Positions 59,891 through 64,000 of a stretch of DNA of 64,000 nt are shown here, one piece after another. The translations under genes and the position numbers were made by a program. This DNA is from Squalus acanthias (taxonomy: Eukaryota). The stretch covers positions 147,188,001 through 147,252,000 of the forward strand of contig CM059431.1 in assembly GCA_030390025.1 (NCBI GenBank). Direction: 5' to 3'. Below the pieces are notes generated by a model that was given only the letters and a program-made list of their open reading frames with translations, made no database searches and was not told the origin of the DNA. Position 1 is the stretch's first letter. Every line of letters starts with the position of its first letter.

Positions 59891-62800
59891 GGAGTGAGAT
59901 TTACAGAGTGAGGGAATGGGAGTGAGATTTACAGAGTGAGGGAATGGGTGTGAGATTTACAGAGTGAGGGAATGGGAGTGAGATTTAAAGAGTGAGACTA
60001 TGGGAGTGAGATTTACTGAGTGAGGGAATGGGAGTGAGAATTAGAGATTGAGGGAATGGGAGTTAGATTTACAGAATTAGGGAATGGGAGTGAGAATTAG
60101 AGATTGAGGGAATGGGAGTGAGTGTTGCAGTTGACGGAAAGGGAGTGAGATTTACAGATTGAGGGAATGTGAGTGAGATTTGCAGATTGAGGGAATGGGA
60201 GTGAGATTTACAGAGTAAGGGCATGGGAGTGAGAATTACCGATTGAGGGAATGGGAGTGTTAATTATAGAGTGAGGGAGTGGCAGTGAGTTTTACTGAGT
60301 GAGGGAATGGGAGTGAGATTTAAAGAGTGAGTGAATGGGAGTGAGATTTAAAGAGTGAGGGAATGGGAGTGAGATTTACAGAGTAAGGGAATGGGTGTGA
60401 GATTTACAGAGTGAGGGAATGGGAGTGAGATTTACAGAGTAAGGGAATGGGTGTGAGAAATACAGAGTGAGGGAATAAGAGTGAGGTTTACAGAGTCAGG
60501 GAGTGGGAGTGAGATTTAAAGAGTGAGACTATGGGAGTGAGATTTACTGAGTGTGTGAATGGGAGTGAGAATTAGAGATTGTGGGAATGGGAGTTAGATT
60601 TACAGAATTGGGGAATGGTAGTGAGAATTACGGATTGAGGGAATGGGAGTGAGAAATACAGAGTGAGGGAGTGCTATTGAGTTTTACTGAGTCAGGGAAT
60701 GGGAGTGAGATTTAAAGAGTGAGGGAATGGGAGTGAGATTTACAGAGTGAGGGAGTGGGAGTGAGATTTAGAGAGTGATGGAATGGGAGTGTGATTTAAA
60801 GAGTGAGGGAGTGGGAGTAAGATTTACAGAGTGAGGGCATGGGAGTGAGAATTAGAGTTTGAGGGAATAGGAGTGAGATTTACAGAGTGGGAGTATAAGA
60901 GTGAGGTTTACAGAGTGAGGGAGTGGGAGTGAGATTTACAGATTGAGGGAATGGGAGTGAGATTTACAGAGTGAGGGAGTGGGAGTGAGATTTACAGAGT
61001 GAGGGAGTGGGAGTGAGAATTAGAGATTGAGGGAATGGGAGTTAGATTTACAGAATTAGGGAATGGGAGTGAGAATTAGAGATTGAGGGAAAGGGAGTGA
61101 GTGTTGCAGATTGAGGGAAAGGGAGTGAGATTTGCAGATTTAGGGAATGTGAGTGAGATTTACAGATTGAGGGAATGGGAGTGAGATTTTCAGAGTAAGG
61201 GAATGGGAGTGAGGTTTACAGATTGAGGGAATGGGAGTGAGATTTACAGAGTGAGGGAGTGGGAGTGAGATTTACAGAGTGAGGGAATGGGAGTGAGATT
61301 TACAGAGTGAGGGAATGGGAGTGAGATTTAAAGAGTGAGGGAATGGGAGTGAGATTTACAGATTGAGGAATGGGAGTGAGATTTACAGAGTGAGGAATGG
61401 GAGTGAGATTACAGAGTGAGGGAATGGGAGTGAGATTTAAAGAGTGAGGGAATGGGAGTGAGATTTACAGAGTGAGGGAGTGGGAGTGAGATTTACTGAG
61501 TGAGGGAATGGGAGTGAGATTTACAGCGTGAGGGAGTGGGAGTGAGATTTACAGAGTGAGGGAATGGGAGTGAGAATAATCGAGTGAGGGAGTGGGAGTG
61601 AGATTTACAGAGTGAGGGAATGGGAGTGAGAATTAGAGATTGAGGGAATGGGAGTGAGTGTTGCAGATTGAGGGAAAGGGAGTGAGATTTACAGATTGAG
61701 GGAATGGGAGTGAGATTTACAGAGTGAGGGCATGGGAGTGAGATTTACAGAGTAAGGGAATGGGAGTGAGAATTACAGGATTGAGGGGAATGGAGTGAGA
61801 TTTATAGAGTGAGGGAGTGGCAGTGAGTTTTACTGAGTGAGGGAATGGGAGTGAGATTTAAAGAGTGAGTGAATGGGAGTGAGATTTAAAGAGTGAGGGA
61901 ATGGGAGTGAGATTTACAGAGTGAGGGATTGAGAGTGAGATTTACAAAGTTTGGGAATGGGAGTGAGATTTAAAGAGTGAGGGAGTGGGAGTGAGATTTA
62001 CAGAGTAAGGGAATGGGTGTGAGATTTACAGAGTGAGGGAATGGGAGTGAGATTTACAGAGTAAGGGAATGGGTGTGAGATTTACAGAGTGAGGGAATAA
62101 GAGTGAGGTTTACAGAGTCAGGGAGTGGGAGTGAGATTTAAAGAGTGAGACTATGGGAGTGAGATTTACTGAGTGTGTGAATGGGAGTGAGAATTAGAGA
62201 TTGTGGGAATGGGAGTTAGATTTACAGAATTAGGGAATGGGAGTGAGAATTACGGATTGAGGGAATGGGAGTGAGAAATACAGAGTGAGGGAGTGCTATT
62301 GAGTTTTACTGAGTCAGGGAATGGGAGTGAGATTTAAAGAGTGAGGGAATAGGAGTGAGATTTACAGAGTGAGGGAGTGGGAGTGAGATTTAGAGAGTGA
62401 TGGAATGGGAGTGAGATTTAAAGAGTGAGGGAGTGGGAGTGAGATTTACAGAGTGAGGGCATGGGAGTGAGAATTAGAGTTTGAGGGAATAGGAGTGAGA
62501 TTTACAGAGTGGGAGTATAACAGTGAGGTTTACAGAGTGAGGGAGTGGGAGTGAGATTTACAGATTGAGGGAATGGGAGTGAGAATTAGAGATTGAGGGA
62601 ATGGGAGTTAGATTTACAGAATTAGGGAATGGGAGTGAGAATTAGAGATTGAGGGAAAGGGAGTGAGTGTTGCAGATTGAGGGAAAGGGAGTGAGATTTG
62701 CAGATTTAGGGAATGTGAGTGAGATTTACAGATTGAGGGAATGGGAGTGAGATTTTCAGAGTAAGGGAATGGGAGTGAGGTTTACAGATTGAGGGAATGG

Positions 62801-64000
62801 GAGTGAGATTTACAGAGTGAGGGAGTGGGAGTGAGATTTACAGAGTGAGGGAATGGGAGTGAGATTTACAGAGTGAGGGAATGGGAGTTAGATTTTAAAA
62901 GTGAGGGAGTCGGGAGTGAGATTCACAGATTCAGGGAATGGGAGTGAGATTTACAAAGTGAGAGTAGGTGGTAAGATTTACAGAGTGAGGGAATGGGAGT
63001 GAGATTTCTAGAGTGATGGAGTGGGAGTGAGGTTTACAGAGTGAGGGAATAGGAGTGAGATTTACAGAGTGAGGGAATGGGAGTGAGTTTTACTGAGTGA
63101 GGGAATGGGAGTGAGATTTAAAGAGTGAGGGAATGGGAGTGAGATTTACAGCGTGAGGGAGTGGAGTCAGATTTGCAGAGTGAGGGAATGGGAGTGAGAT
63201 TTAAAGAGTGAGGGAATGGGAGTGAGATTTACAGAGTGAGGGAGTGGGAGTGAGGTTTTCAGAGTGAGGAAGTGGGAGTGAGATTAACAGAGTGAGGGAA
63301 TGGTAGTGAGAATAACAAGGTGAGGGAGTGGGAGTGAGATTTACAGAGTGAGGGAGTGGGAGTGAGATTTACAGAGTGAGGGAGTGGGAGTGAGATTTAA
63401 AGAGTGAGGGAATGGGAGTGAGATTTAAAGAGTGAGGGAATGGGAGTGAGATTTACAGAGTGAGGGAGTGGGAGTGAGGTTTTCAGAGTGAGGAAGTGGG
63501 AGTGAGATTTACAGAGTGAGGGAATGGGAGTGAGAATAATAGGGTGAGGGAGTGGGAGTGAGATTTACAGAGTGAGGGAATGGGAGTGAGATTTACAGAG
63601 TGAGGGAGTGGGAGTGAGATTTACAGAGTAAGGGCATGGGAGTGAGAATTACCGATTGAGGGAATGGGAGTGTTAATTATAGAGTGAGGGAGTGGCAGTG
63701 AGTTTTACTGAGTGAGGATTTGGGAGTGAGATTTAAAGAGTGAGTGAATGGGAGTGAGATTTAAAGAGTGAGGGAATGGGAGTGAGATTTACAGAGTGAG
63801 GGATTGGGAGTGAGATTTACAAAGTTTGGGAATGGGAGTGAGATTTAAAGAGTGAGGGAGTGGGAGTGAGATTTACAGAGTAAGGGAATGGGTGTGAGAT
63901 TTACAGAGTGAGGGAATGGGAGTGAGATTTACAGAGTAAGGGAATGGGTGTGAGATTTACAGAGTGAGGGAATAAGAGTGAGGTTTACAGAGTCAGGGAG
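59891..64000. repeat. Satellite array, 28-bp unit (GGGAGTGAGATTTACAGAGTGAGGGART); runs off the right edge
   Basis: gggagtgag at 61261 and 61289 (period 28) throughout. Confidence 0.97.

Noticed and set aside
59891-64000. Telomeric repeat
   Set aside because: The unit is 28 bp, not (TTAGGG)n; only sporadic ttaggg variants occur.

Overview
This is eukaryotic, vertebrate-type genomic DNA. The repeat families (CR1 LINEs, Deu-domain SINEs, Penelope elements, a 67-bp minisatellite) and a two-exon GPR139-like receptor point to a cartilaginous fish (inference). Two long satellites bracket the window: a 23-bp unit at 1-4.1 kb and a 28-bp unit at 59.9-64 kb. Most of the rest is decayed retroelements: CR1, L2, a second CR1-group LINE ('family B'), Penelope-like elements and SINEs. 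Non-TE content: (i) a full-length B3GALT5-like coding exon disabled by two in-frame stops (4250-5182); (ii) a decaying tRNA cluster at 31.7-42.7 kb with one intact tRNA-Trp(CCA), about eight tRNA pseudogenes and an inverted duplication; (iii) an intact two-exon GPR139/GPR142-like GPCR gene (53628-51124, minus, 333 aa) with a 26-bp minisatellite just upstream; (iv) a tandemly duplicated promoter-like/exon-like unit at 21.7-26.8 kb. The most notable observations are an apparently intact minimal hammerhead ribozyme in a TSD-flanked Penelope insertion, a LINE whose endonuclease ORF follows directly on a tRNA-like Pol III head with no ORF1, and a ~90-bp element shared upstream of tRNA genes of different isotypes. 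Almost all short ORFs in the track are TE fragments or spurious. Coordinates were counted by hand, and TE boundaries are approximate.
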